Translations under genes and position numbers: made by a program
The notes under the pieces: generated by a model
What the model saw: the letters and a program-made list of their open reading frames with translations, nothing else
What the model was told of the DNA's origin: nothing
The model's database searches: none
Shown here: piece after piece, positions 17,198-26,863 of the stretch
How the letters are laid out: every line of letters begins with the position of its first letter
Position numbering within the stretch: position 1 is the first letter of the stretch
IMG/VR virus record: IMGVR_UViG_3300033076_000385
Coordinates: 1-32,015 of that record
Length of the DNA: 32,015 bases
Direction: 5' to 3' (one strand)
DNA from: a virus
Lineage: Duplodnaviria; Caudoviricetes

Positions 17198-18123
17198 ATG
17201 ATTTTTGGTATGAGTGAAATCAATTCTTCTTTTAAAAGATTAACATTTTTTTCCCTAAACTCTATATCTGTTTTATAGTAATATTTGTCCAACCAAACAT
17301 GATAATAATCAATTTTTTCTGTGTGGTCAACTCTATCGGGGTCCTTTACCCAAAACAAACCTTTTCCACAATGTTTTGGTCCTAAAACAGGTAATTCGGG
17401 ATAAGATAAGTATAATCTATCCTCCACAGTTTCAACCTTACAATCTAATTTACGGGCAGAATATCCCATAATTCCTTGATCTGCAAGTAACCATAACCAT
17501 TCGGGAACTTCTTTATATTCTCGAGTAATTAAGTCCAAATGACTTTCTAAGTATAAATCCCTTAATTTTTCGTTGTTCATTAATATGAAAGACGTATTAG
17601 GCATCATCATATTTTGGACAAAGTTTTGAATACCACCTATCTGTTCTAATTGATATTCGAACACGAAAAACTCCCCTCTTTGTATCTCCCATTGAGTATG
17701 GACTAAATCGTAATCATTGGTCCATTTTGGTAGGGGGCTCCTCAATATAAAATCTAAATCCAAAAATAGATATGGTACAGGTTCTTTACCAATAACAATT
17801 GATTTACCCGTTGTCCAAAAACGACCCGGATTAACGTGAGAATATTCTTTGTTAAATGTTTCCAATGTCTCAACATCTATTTCATCCCACAACTTTAATA
17901 AACCCTTCTTTTTATAGAATTCATAACCAACGTTATCGGTGTATAATTTTGTTTTACCTATATACTTTTTAGCGGCCCTTACACTTACCTCTTGTATTAG
18001 TAATTCATAATCAACTACATCATATTCAACATCAGATAGTTCTGACATTTTTAATTTATTATATCCCTGTGCATCCTTTTTATGAAAAAATGGTGCCGTC
18101 CAATTTACAAATATTGCTTTCAT
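17194..18123 (-). CDS. GT-A-fold glycosyltransferase-like protein (DUF6734-like)
   Basis: KLYTD, FWTTGK, PYLFLDLD, PNTSF, ADQ; resembles 24103-25140. Confidence 0.6.
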   Translation of the reverse strand: MKAIFVNWTAPFFHKKDAQGYNKLKMSELSDVEYDVVDYELLIQEVSVRAAKKYIGKTKLYTDNVGYEFYKKKGLLKLWDEIDVETLETFNKEYSHVNPGRFWTTGKSIVIGKEPVPYLFLDLDFILRSPLPKWTNDYDLVHTQWEIQRGEFFVFEYQLEQIGGIQNFVQNMMMPNTSFILMNNEKLRDLYLESHLDLITREYKEVPEWLWLLADQGIMGYSARKLDCKVETVEDRLYLSYPELPVLGPKHCGKGLFWVKDPDRVDHTEKIDYYHVWLDKYYYKTDIEFREKNVNLLKEELISLIPKII

Positions 18124-18896
18124 ATGTGTTGAAAATATATATCTTTTTTCATTAATTGTGAAATATGTTGATTCAATTCTCGTTGATTGAAATGATTTTC
18201 TAATTTAGCATTACATACAATAGGTTCATATCTTTTTATATACTCATCCAAACTACTACATCTCCTTTTTGTAAATTCTACGAATGACATTTCTTCTGAT
18301 GCGATTCCAATCTTTTGTGTTGTGTTAATATCTATTAACTCATCTATTACATCAACACTTGAACAATATATGAAACCAGCGTTTGGTGTGACAAAGGAAT
18401 TATTCCAATCGTAATGGTATTTTTCTAAAAATTCTTGTTGTTTAATCACATAATCCTTTTCTTTCGGTGGTATATCTTTCCATTCATTTAAAACGAGTTC
18501 CGAATAATTCTTAGGATAGATGTAAAGTGGCATTTGTATCTTTAAATCTTTGGTTTCTATATGTTCGTAAAACCAATTATCAATCGGTTTTACTTGTAGA
18601 CAATCCCAATCTAAAAAAATCACCTCATGATATAATTTAATACCTTCTTTGATTGCAACCAGTTTATGAATCATGTATTGATTTGAATCGTACAAATAAT
18701 CTGAACCATATTGTGTTGATTCGTTTGATAATAATACACATTCAAAACCCAAAGACTTTATAAAATTATAATTTTCAGTGCCCCAAACAAAAACAACTTC
18801 ATACAATGATTTATTTTTTGACACTTCAATTATTTCTTTCTTATGTCTTTGGTTAAAGTTATTTAAATCTCCCCAAAAAGATCGTATGAATTTCAT
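18120..18896 (-). CDS. DxD glycosyltransferase-like protein
   Basis: HKL, VIFLDWDC, TPNAGFIYC; tandem paralog of 18893-19660. Confidence 0.6.
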   Translation of the reverse strand: MKFIRSFWGDLNNFNQRHKKEIIEVSKNKSLYEVVFVWGTENYNFIKSLGFECVLLSNESTQYGSDYLYDSNQYMIHKLVAIKEGIKLYHEVIFLDWDCLQVKPIDNWFYEHIETKDLKIQMPLYIYPKNYSELVLNEWKDIPPKEKDYVIKQQEFLEKYHYDWNNSFVTPNAGFIYCSSVDVIDELIDINTTQKIGIASEEMSFVEFTKRRCSSLDEYIKRYEPIVCNAKLENHFNQRELNQHISQLMKKDIYFQHI

Positions 18897-19660
18897 AGAT
18901 GTTTAAAATAAATTTCTTTTTCTATCTTCCTATTTTTATATTCGGTAAAAACCGCTTCCATGTTATTCCACCAATCGTATCCGTGTTCTTTCCCATCCAC
19001 AACTAAAGGTTCTATTTTTTCAATATAACCATCCAACCCTAAGTTTTTGGTATATAGAAATACCGATAACTCATCGGGAACAGTTTGTAAATCGTGTTGA
19101 ACTATAAGTTTTATTAATTCTACGATTATATCTTTATTAGAACAATATATGAATCCGGTGTTTGGGATTATAAAACTATTTCCATATTTGAAGGAGTAGT
19201 TTGTTATATATGTTTGTAATTTTTTAAAGAAGTTTATCATGATGTCATCTTTAACATCACTAATCATTCTATCGAATGCAAACATTGGGTATGTGTATAG
19301 AGGTACTTGAAAATCAGAATTTCTGTTTCTAATTAAACTATAAAAATTATCATCAATTTCTTTTACTTTTCTACAATCCCAATCAACAAACACTATCTCT
19401 TCGTGTTGGTGTAGAGCATGTCCGAGTCCAATTATTTTGTGGATTAAACTTTTGTGATTTACAAATGTGTGATTATCTGCAATTGTATAATCATACGGGT
19501 CATCACTTATTAAAACACAATCATATCCCAAGTTTTTTAAATTGTTATAGTTGTCTTTTCCCCACACATAAACAACCTCATTAAGATTGTCACTTTTGGC
19601 ATCAATTATTTGATTTTGGTATCGATTAAAATCTCCCCACAATATTCTTACGAATTTCAT
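18893..19660 (-). CDS. DxD glycosyltransferase-like protein
   Basis: HKI, IVFVDWDC, IPNTGFIYC. Confidence 0.6.
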   Translation of the reverse strand: MKFVRILWGDFNRYQNQIIDAKSDNLNEVVYVWGKDNYNNLKNLGYDCVLISDDPYDYTIADNHTFVNHKSLIHKIIGLGHALHQHEEIVFVDWDCRKVKEIDDNFYSLIRNRNSDFQVPLYTYPMFAFDRMISDVKDDIMINFFKKLQTYITNYSFKYGNSFIIPNTGFIYCSNKDIIVELIKLIVQHDLQTVPDELSVFLYTKNLGLDGYIEKIEPLVVDGKEHGYDWWNNMEAVFTEYKNRKIEKEIYFKHL

Positions 19661-20364
19661 ATTAACTTATTTTTATTTATTTTTAAACTAATCAAATCAC
19701 TCAATAATTTATGTGCAATATGATTTGGGTGTTTATCTTGTGGGTCCACATCATTTCTACTATCACTTAATGTGATTTTACTTTCTGTTGCCCATCTCAT
19801 AATTGATGGTGTGTATTCATTTGATGGTAATAGAAAAGTAACTGTTTTATCGTTATCAATAAATTCATGAAAATTATCATCCAAAAACAGATAAACATAC
19901 CTAATACCAATAGTCTTTTCTAAAAATTTTAAAGTGTCGTTAACTCTATTAAACTTATAGAATAAGGTTTCTTTTGACCAATCATTTACAAAAGACATTA
20001 ATGATAATATTTTATCATCGGTGAACGGATATTTTTCTCTTCCTCCACCCCATTGATTCATTACTCTGACAGTATCTTCCAACGTCTCCCCAATCCCCGC
20101 GCTTGAATAATAAAACGAATTGTTAACCATAAACCCTTCTCGATTACCCGCAGTGAATTGGTAGATTATTAAATCATCTTTTTTAAATGTATTAATATCC
20201 GATAATAAACGATGAAAAATCTCATTGTGACATAATGCTGGAAAAGACCTATTATTATATTCACAACCCATATATTTCGCCAATAAATAAGTAAATGATT
20301 CTTCTTCGTTAATCCAAAACGGAAAAGAGAATGAACAACCATATGTGTGTATTTTTTTCATCAT
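19657..20364 (-). CDS. SGNH hydrolase-fold protein
   Basis: YGCSFS, C-terminal DKHPNHIAH. Confidence 0.65.
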   Translation of the reverse strand: MMKKIHTYGCSFSFPFWINEEESFTYLLAKYMGCEYNNRSFPALCHNEIFHRLLSDINTFKKDDLIIYQFTAGNREGFMVNNSFYYSSAGIGETLEDTVRVMNQWGGGREKYPFTDDKILSLMSFVNDWSKETLFYKFNRVNDTLKFLEKTIGIRYVYLFLDDNFHEFIDNDKTVTFLLPSNEYTPSIMRWATESKITLSDSRNDVDPQDKHPNHIAHKLLSDLISLKINKNKLI

Positions 20365-21014
20365 AATAAGGTTAATAAATGTTTTGCAAACATTAAATGA
20401 GATTGCTCACTGAAATGTAAATCATTTATTAGATTGTTTGTTTCATTTTTTATTGACCCATGTGTATCGATGAAATAATCGTAGATATTTTTTCCGTTAT
20501 ACGTTAACATATATTTTGACTGTATGTTCATTCCCCAAAAAAACAACTTACATTTTCTCATTTTACAAAACTCATTAATCAATGTGTAATGATTATTAAC
20601 TTCGTCCACAAATAAATGATTAGTTCTATTTAAAATAGTATCTTTAATTGTTTGGGTAGACATACCTAAATCATTTAAATTTTTCAATTCTTGAATTAAA
20701 TCAGGATGGTCTATATGTTGAAATAAAACGTTATACCACTTATCACCGGCAACTCTAAATCTAGATGTTTCGGTCCAATTGATGATGACGATGTCATTTT
20801 CTTTTATTTGATTAGAACACTTTGAGAAGTTCTCCATTATCTGTGGATTATTGGTTCCCGATATGGCGTGATTTTCTAATTCGTAATTAATATCTCTACT
20901 TAAAATTTCACTCCATGTATCTATCTGATACCCTTTCCATTTGACATAATCTTCTCTGTCTTTGGGTTGTCTTTCATCCGAAATCGAACACCCAAATATC
21001 CATAATTTATTCAT
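20361..21014 (-). CDS. SGNH hydrolase-fold protein
   Basis: FGCSIS, NHAISGTNN, WTETSR, DLHFSEQSH. Confidence 0.7.
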   Translation of the reverse strand: MNKLWIFGCSISDERQPKDREDYVKWKGYQIDTWSEILSRDINYELENHAISGTNNPQIMENFSKCSNQIKENDIVIINWTETSRFRVAGDKWYNVLFQHIDHPDLIQELKNLNDLGMSTQTIKDTILNRTNHLFVDEVNNHYTLINEFCKMRKCKLFFWGMNIQSKYMLTYNGKNIYDYFIDTHGSIKNETNNLINDLHFSEQSHLMFAKHLLTLL

Positions 21015-21592
21015 TAATATTCAATTTTGTGGTCTTGTGGTAAAGTTAAACTTTGTCCAACGATGACATCTCTTTCGCCACTAACAGTTTGGGTTACGAA
21101 ATGAGGATGTGTAATTCCTCCGGGAAAAACTATAACATCTCCTTTGTTTAATTTTACACTTATACCTTGTCTAGGAAATGTGAGTACACCACCAACATAA
21201 TTGTCATTTAGACAACCAACAGTAGTTATCCCACTAAAATCCCAATGTACATTGTTTTCAGAATTACCCGAATTTTTTGGTGAATAATGAAGAAGAAAAA
21301 CATCTCTCCACTTTGCTGACACATAATTTTTAATGTCTTTAATTGTTTGTTCACTAACATTAAAACCTTTACCACTTTGGACATCATATATTTTAAAATA
21401 ATCATCCATCATGGGGGTTTCAATTTTATTTAACCAAAAATCATTAAACTCCAACAACAAATCTTTATTGTGTTCATGAATATTAATTCTATCTATGTTA
21501 TTAGAATCTTTTCTCAGTTGAATTAATTTTTCAATTAATTCATGGGGGATAATTTCTGTAAATAAAAATATATCAGATCCTAAATTTCTCAT
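21014..21592 (-). CDS. 2OG-Fe(II) oxygenase (lysyl/prolyl-hydroxylase-like)
   Basis: HWD, LNDNYVGG, FPGGITHPH, SGERDV. Confidence 0.85.
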   Translation of the reverse strand: MRNLGSDIFLFTEIIPHELIEKLIQLRKDSNNIDRINIHEHNKDLLLEFNDFWLNKIETPMMDDYFKIYDVQSGKGFNVSEQTIKDIKNYVSAKWRDVFLLHYSPKNSGNSENNVHWDFSGITTVGCLNDNYVGGVLTFPRQGISVKLNKGDVIVFPGGITHPHFVTQTVSGERDVIVGQSLTLPQDHKIEY

Positions 21593-22326
21593 ATTAAATT
21601 AGTTGGTTTCACTCCATCATCTTGAATGTTGAAATTTATGACACATCTATGTGATTTACCGTAGAAAGGTTTCACCGAATGTACAATGTCATATGGCCAT
21701 ATTAATAACATACCCTTCTTAGGTCTAATAAAATGTGACATTCCTCTTAAATGGAATGTGAATACTCCACTATACTGATGGTCTAATAATGGGTCACCAT
21801 CTGATAGATAATAACCGCCAACAAAACTTAATGGTCTAGCCTCATCGGGACTCCATCTACAATGATTATGCATGTTGTGTCCACGACCTTTATATGGATG
21901 ATAATATTGAATCCAACTCTCAGTGATATTTGGTTCTCCTTGAGGTTTCTTATTAATCATTTCTAATAATTCCAAATAACCGTCAGTACATCTTTTTTTT
22001 ATTTCTTTTACGATGTCTTCGTTTCTATTTAAAAAGTTATTTGGTGGAACTGAAAATCTACTACCTATTGGGTTATATTCGGTAGGTTCCACCCACTGAT
22101 CCCAACGATAATAATCAACATTATAGTTATCCTGTCTATTAAAATCATATTGTTCAGGTAATTCTTGTCCCATTTGTTTTTCCTTTTCGGTCAATTCATT
22201 AAATCCAAGATTAAACACTTCATCGTGAAAATCATGGTCATGAAATTCTTTATATAAAACAGGTATGGGTGCCAAATAGAATAAATTTTCTTTTCCTGAT
22301 GGCATCAATGGTTTTTCAAAGTACAT
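21589..22326 (-). CDS. 2OG-Fe(II) oxygenase-like protein (TIGR02466-type)
   Basis: ESWIQ, HNMHNH, GGYYL, HSVKPF, RCVINFN. Confidence 0.8.
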   Translation of the reverse strand: MYFEKPLMPSGKENLFYLAPIPVLYKEFHDHDFHDEVFNLGFNELTEKEKQMGQELPEQYDFNRQDNYNVDYYRWDQWVEPTEYNPIGSRFSVPPNNFLNRNEDIVKEIKKRCTDGYLELLEMINKKPQGEPNITESWIQYYHPYKGRGHNMHNHCRWSPDEARPLSFVGGYYLSDGDPLLDHQYSGVFTFHLRGMSHFIRPKKGMLLIWPYDIVHSVKPFYGKSHRCVINFNIQDDGVKPTNLI

Positions 22327-22341
22327 TGTATTTTTTTTATA

Positions 22342-22461
22342 TTAATGTTTATAGATAAACGGATCACGTTTTCTTAATTCTTCTAATTTTTTTTGAAATT
22401 CTTTTTTCTTTTTTCTTTGAGCTAATTTATTCTTAACCCAATTTATAAGGTTCTTTATCAT
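22342..22461 (-). CDS. Small basic 39-aa protein ending RKRDPFIYKH
   Basis: Not in the track (too short). Manual translation MIKNLINWVKNKLAQRKKKKEFQKKLEELRKRDPFIYKH; fills the gap after the carbamoyltransferase. Confidence 0.75.
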   Translation of the reverse strand: MIKNLINWVKNKLAQRKKKKEFQKKLEELRKRDPFIYKH

Positions 22462-22465
22462 AATT

Positions 22466-24094
22466 TTATTTTTTATACACTATGTAATTTCCCATAACTA
22501 AAATATCCATTTCGGTATCTAAAAATGTTATAACAGCATCTTCAGGTGTTAAGACCATAGTCTTATCTTTAACATTAAATGATGTGTTCAACAAAATTGG
22601 AAAACCCGATAAGGATTCAAACTTTTTTATTAAGGAATATATTTGATTATGTGGTGTAACTGATTGAATTCTTGCAGTACCGTCGACGTGTGTTACTGCG
22701 GGTAATTTTGGGCCGTACTCTTCTTTTACTTTAACAACTTGATTCATATAAGGAACAAATTCTTTTGATTTAAAAAACCTTTGTTGATCTTCGTATGATA
22801 CCATAGGTGCAAATGGTCTAAAACCTTCTCTTTTTTTAATAACTCTATTGATTGTGTCCTTCATGTTTGGGTCGGTTGGATTAGCCAGAATTGACCTGTT
22901 ACCTAATGCTCTTGCACCAAATTCAATTCTACCTTGAAACCATCCAATAACCCTATTAAGGAATATATGTTTAGCAACTTTCTTCAATAATGTTTGATAA
23001 TCAACATGTTCATAATGAACAAGTAGTTCGTATTTTTTTAATACTTTTTTAATTTCCTCATTGGTAAAACTCGGACCTAAGAATGGATTATTAGGTAATT
23101 TCTTTTTAATTTTCTTTTCTTTTGCTAAGTAATAAAGACAACTACCAATAGCATTTCCTGCATCTGATGGTGCGGGTGGTATCCATAATTGTTCGAATAA
23201 TCCCGACACAACAATTTTACCATTTGCGGTCCCATTATATGCACAACCACCACCTAAACATAAATTTTTGGAGTCGTATAATGTTTTCGAATACTCCAAC
23301 AATTCAAACAACACTTGTTCATATCTTTCTTGGACCGCGGCTGCAATATTTTTATGATATGGTTCAATTCCACTATTTTGATATCTGGGTTCAACTCCTA
23401 ACAAATCTTCCAGATTATAATTAAACATCGATATATCTGAGTTATTCCATGAAAAATAATCCATGTTACAAATCACAGTACCGTTTTCAAATCTAATTAA
23501 TTCTGATATCTCTTTTCTATAATCTTCAGGTTCACCATAAGAAGCTAAACCCATTACTTTATACTCCCCTTCATTTGGTTTAAACCCCAAAAATGCGGTC
23601 ATTGCTGAATAAAACAGACCAAGAGAGTGTGGATATTCTACTGTTCTTATTTGTTCAACAATACCATTTTTACCAATTCCGATTGACACACTAGAAGTTT
23701 CACCAACACCATCAACAGAAACTACCAAAGATTCTTTATATGGTGATGACGCAAAAGAATACATCATATGTGACATATGATGAGGTGTGTAAAATATTTT
23801 ATTACTGATTTTTTTAAGATTAAACCATACTTTTGTGTTAGTGATTAATGAATATAAAAAAGACTTTTTTCTTTTAAATCTAAGTTTTGGGTCTTCGTAA
23901 TAACAAACACACTCAATGTCACTTTTACTTAGTTTATATGTTTTAAAAATATATTCTATTGTTTTTTTAGGAAAGGATGCATCGTGTTTAATTCCTGTAA
24001 ATTTTTCTTCTTCACAGGCAAAAACTAAAACACCATCTTTAAAAAGACATGCGGAAGAATCGTGATAATAAGCGGATACTCCAATGGTATACAT
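22466..24094 (-). CDS. Carbamoyltransferase (NodU/CmcH family)
   Basis: YYHDSSAC, EEEKFTGIKH, HHMSH, DGVGE, EYKVMGLASYG, GGCAYN, EFGARALGNRS, KKREGFRPFAP, HVDGTARIQ, LNTSFN. Confidence 0.95.
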   Translation of the reverse strand: MYTIGVSAYYHDSSACLFKDGVLVFACEEEKFTGIKHDASFPKKTIEYIFKTYKLSKSDIECVCYYEDPKLRFKRKKSFLYSLITNTKVWFNLKKISNKIFYTPHHMSHMMYSFASSPYKESLVVSVDGVGETSSVSIGIGKNGIVEQIRTVEYPHSLGLFYSAMTAFLGFKPNEGEYKVMGLASYGEPEDYRKEISELIRFENGTVICNMDYFSWNNSDISMFNYNLEDLLGVEPRYQNSGIEPYHKNIAAAVQERYEQVLFELLEYSKTLYDSKNLCLGGGCAYNGTANGKIVVSGLFEQLWIPPAPSDAGNAIGSCLYYLAKEKKIKKKLPNNPFLGPSFTNEEIKKVLKKYELLVHYEHVDYQTLLKKVAKHIFLNRVIGWFQGRIEFGARALGNRSILANPTDPNMKDTINRVIKKREGFRPFAPMVSYEDQQRFFKSKEFVPYMNQVVKVKEEYGPKLPAVTHVDGTARIQSVTPHNQIYSLIKKFESLSGFPILLNTSFNVKDKTMVLTPEDAVITFLDTEMDILVMGNYIVYKK

Positions 24095-24102
24095 ACTAAT
24101 AA

Positions 24103-25140
24103 CTATATTACTTTAAAATTTTTATTTTTGACATTATTTAAATTTTCAATTTGTTTATTTAAATAAATCAAATAATCATTCGACATTTTTGAACAATTCC
24201 CCACTTCATTGAATTTAGAATCAATCTTAATAACTTCATTAATCATGTCAAAATCTTGGATTAATTTTTGTTTAATGATGAACATAATCTCTTCGTATGT
24301 TTTGTAACCATTTAAATGTAGAAATCCATTAAAATTATACGATATATTTCTGAATATGTCCATCTTATTTGCAACAAACAATTTCTTCTCGTTATTCTCA
24401 AATAATAGTGGATAAGTTAACCCTTCTCCTGATGACCTAATCCATGTTGGGTTGTCATTAAAGAAGAACGAAAATAACTCTCTGTCAGGTCTTCTTGGTC
24501 TGGAGAACATTCTAACAGCCGCAGGTATAAATAACTGTTCAATTATGCATGAATTATAGTAATCCGAATCAAAGAATTGTTTATTGTTTTCATATATATC
24601 CAAACAATATTTTGTTGCCTGTTTTATTGCATCGGTGTTATAACCACCAAAGACACACATGTTCATTATATCTCTGAACTTAACAAACTCCAAAAATTCT
24701 TCAGGTACATCATTTTGTATTTTAAATGCCCCTTGAATGTAGGTTGTGTAGAAATTAGTACCATTTTTTGTGTACGATACGTATTCACCCGAACCTTCAG
24801 CATAACAACCCCATACGGTATTTCTATCTAGTTCAGGTAACTTATCAAAAAGGAAAGTGTCCAAATCGATGTGTAAAAATGGTTCATCTTGATTTGCATA
24901 CACAATTAATTTTGGAATTGCAAATGTGTCAACTGTGACACCATTCAATAATTCAGTATTAATTGATGTGTATGGTATACCAATTTCTTTGACGATTTGT
25001 GATATTTCATCGTTACAATACAATTCAACTTTATCATAGTGTTTTTTTGCCAATAAAACAGATAACAACATACAATATGCAGTATATTCGTTAAAATCTG
25101 ATCCGTTTTTTGTATTAATGAATGTGTGTACTATTTTCAT
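24103..25140 (-). CDS. GT-A-fold glycosyltransferase-like protein (DUF6734-like)
   Basis: VELYCND, FAIPKL, EPFLHIDLD, NMCVFGG, IIEQ. Start moved from 25215 to ATG 25140 to remove a long overlap. Confidence 0.65.
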   Translation of the reverse strand: MKIVHTFINTKNGSDFNEYTAYCMLLSVLLAKKHYDKVELYCNDEISQIVKEIGIPYTSINTELLNGVTVDTFAIPKLIVYANQDEPFLHIDLDTFLFDKLPELDRNTVWGCYAEGSGEYVSYTKNGTNFYTTYIQGAFKIQNDVPEEFLEFVKFRDIMNMCVFGGYNTDAIKQATKYCLDIYENNKQFFDSDYYNSCIIEQLFIPAAVRMFSRPRRPDRELFSFFFNDNPTWIRSSGEGLTYPLLFENNEKKLFVANKMDIFRNISYNFNGFLHLNGYKTYEEIMFIIKQKLIQDFDMINEVIKIDSKFNEVGNCSKMSNDYLIYLNKQIENLNNVKNKNFKVI

Positions 25141-25141
25141 A

Positions 25142-25669
25142 TTATGAATTATATAATTCAGGATATTCTGCCATAACATGTATACCTCCATTTTGAATTG
25201 CGTTGGTATATGCAATGTCTACGTCTTTTGAATCCTTTATCTCCCAAAAAATAATGTTTGGGCACATTGTTTTGAATTGTTCTAAATAATTATTTTTATG
25301 TTGGTGACCCGGGTCAATTGGTTTATCTGAACCTTTACCCACTCGGATAATCATATTAGGTTTCCACTCACCATTACTCATCAAACCAATTTTATCCACG
25401 TGATTAACCAACTGATTAGTTGCACAAATTAAAAAGTCCCATCTCGGATAAAATGTAATAACCGTTTTACCACTCATGGCTAAACCTAAAGACATACCCA
25501 TTTGAGTATCTTCCATAACAGGTACTTCAATTAATTTATCAACAGGAACATTTGAAACTGTCGAACTCATTGGGTTACCTTGCCATTTAATTTGTTGGCC
25601 GATGAAGATTGTGTCTTCCCTTTCACCCAATTCGGTCATATATTTTGTTAATGTATCTTTATATGTCAT
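25142..25669 (-). CDS. TPP-dependent enzyme beta subunit (pyrimidine-binding domain of transketolase/E1-beta only)
   Basis: IFIGQ, EVPVMEDTQMGMSLGLAMSG, DFLICATNQLVNH, GHQH. Confidence 0.85.
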   Translation of the reverse strand: MTYKDTLTKYMTELGEREDTIFIGQQIKWQGNPMSSTVSNVPVDKLIEVPVMEDTQMGMSLGLAMSGKTVITFYPRWDFLICATNQLVNHVDKIGLMSNGEWKPNMIIRVGKGSDKPIDPGHQHKNNYLEQFKTMCPNIIFWEIKDSKDVDIAYTNAIQNGGIHVMAEYPELYNS

Positions 25670-25681
25670 AATATCATAATT

Positions 25682-26311
25682 TTAAAATACCACCCACTTA
25701 CCTGTTCCATAATGTGGCCATTGTTTTTCGTATTCATACCAAATAACATCGTTCGGTATGTCGGATTTTTTATTCCATGTTTCAACTGTTGGTGTATTAG
25801 TGGAAACTCCATTATCTTCAACAACAAATGTTATAGGTAAATCGAAATTTTTAACGTATTTGTAATTCTCCATAAAGGTTCCTGTTTCAAAAGTCATATC
25901 ACCCACAAAACACCAAACCCTGTCGTTAATTCCATTTCTCTTATTTGCCATTGCAACACCTACCGCAATAGGTATGATACCACCAACAATTGCTGAGCTA
26001 TAAAATTTTTCTTCTTTGTTGATGATTGTTATTGATCTACCATCCAATATTTCTTGTTCAACCCACTCTGATGGTAAACCTTTTAATAAAGCATGATAAT
26101 GTGATCTCCATGTTGAGAACACCCAATCAGTACTTTTAATTCTTTTAAAAATTTCAATTAACTGTTCTTCATTACCACCACTTAAATGCACTGGTCCTCT
26201 TATTCTTCCGGACTCCCAATGGTCTGCCATTTTTTTCTCAAACCCAATAAGTCCATGTGTGTCCCATAGTGGTTGATTAACTATTGGGAAATTTTCTAAA
26301 TTTTTTATCAT
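25682..26311 (-). CDS. TPP-dependent enzyme alpha subunit (short E1-alpha-like)
   Basis: GPVHLSGGNE, STWRSHYHALLKG, AIVGG, GDMTFETG...EDN (TPP-binding motif). Confidence 0.88.
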   Translation of the reverse strand: MIKNLENFPIVNQPLWDTHGLIGFEKKMADHWESGRIRGPVHLSGGNEEQLIEIFKRIKSTDWVFSTWRSHYHALLKGLPSEWVEQEILDGRSITIINKEEKFYSSAIVGGIIPIAVGVAMANKRNGINDRVWCFVGDMTFETGTFMENYKYVKNFDLPITFVVEDNGVSTNTPTVETWNKKSDIPNDVIWYEYEKQWPHYGTGKWVVF

Positions 26312-26862
26312 CTATCTCTTTTTTGTAAAATTGGTTTATCTGTTGGCCATTCGATATTATACTTCTCATCATTCCATTTAATCACTCCTTGTTTGTGTTC
26401 ATCAACATATTCACCTTTGTAAAAATAATTGTAATAAAACATACAATCGGTCACCGCATAATGTCCGTTTGCAAATCCTGGTGGTATTAAAATTTGGTCT
26501 CTTGTTTTATCTGAAAGTAAATAAGATTCCCATTTACCAAATGTTATTGAGTGTTTTCGATTATCTAATACAACTAAATAAATTTCACCAACAATTGCTT
26601 GTATTAGTTTCCAACTCTTTTCGTCATAATGTAGTCCTCTTAAAACTCCTTGATGTGATTTTGAGAACTTGGTGTGAAAATTAATTTCATTAATATCATA
26701 ATGGATATTATCCAATACTGGATGTTTTTCTGAATGAAATGTTGAGAAGATTTCACCTCTATATTCTCGATAGATTGATGGTGTAAATATTGGGACCTCA
26801 CATCCAAATGTATTTAGATATGATACTTCCCATTCATCCCATTTTTTATCTTTATAACTCAT
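26308..26862 (-). CDS. rmlC: dTDP-4-dehydrorhamnose 3,5-epimerase family (cupin)
   Basis: RGEIF, S.S..GVLRGLHY, IPPGFANGH, IKWND, I.WP. Confidence 0.85.
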   Translation of the reverse strand: MSYKDKKWDEWEVSYLNTFGCEVPIFTPSIYREYRGEIFSTFHSEKHPVLDNIHYDINEINFHTKFSKSHQGVLRGLHYDEKSWKLIQAIVGEIYLVVLDNRKHSITFGKWESYLLSDKTRDQILIPPGFANGHYAVTDCMFYYNYFYKGEYVDEHKQGVIKWNDEKYNIEWPTDKPILQKRDR

Positions 26863-26863
26863 A

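Noticed and set aside
3922-25215. Longer N-termini given by the track for 1804-3984, 9898-10110, 16724-17197 and 24103-25215
   Set aside because: They overlap upstream genes or a promoter; internal ATGs at 3921, 10026, 17161 and 25140 fit better.
25142-26311. Pyruvate dehydrogenase as an auxiliary metabolic gene
   Set aside because: Both subunits are short, there is no E2/E3, and the context is NDP-sugar synthesis.
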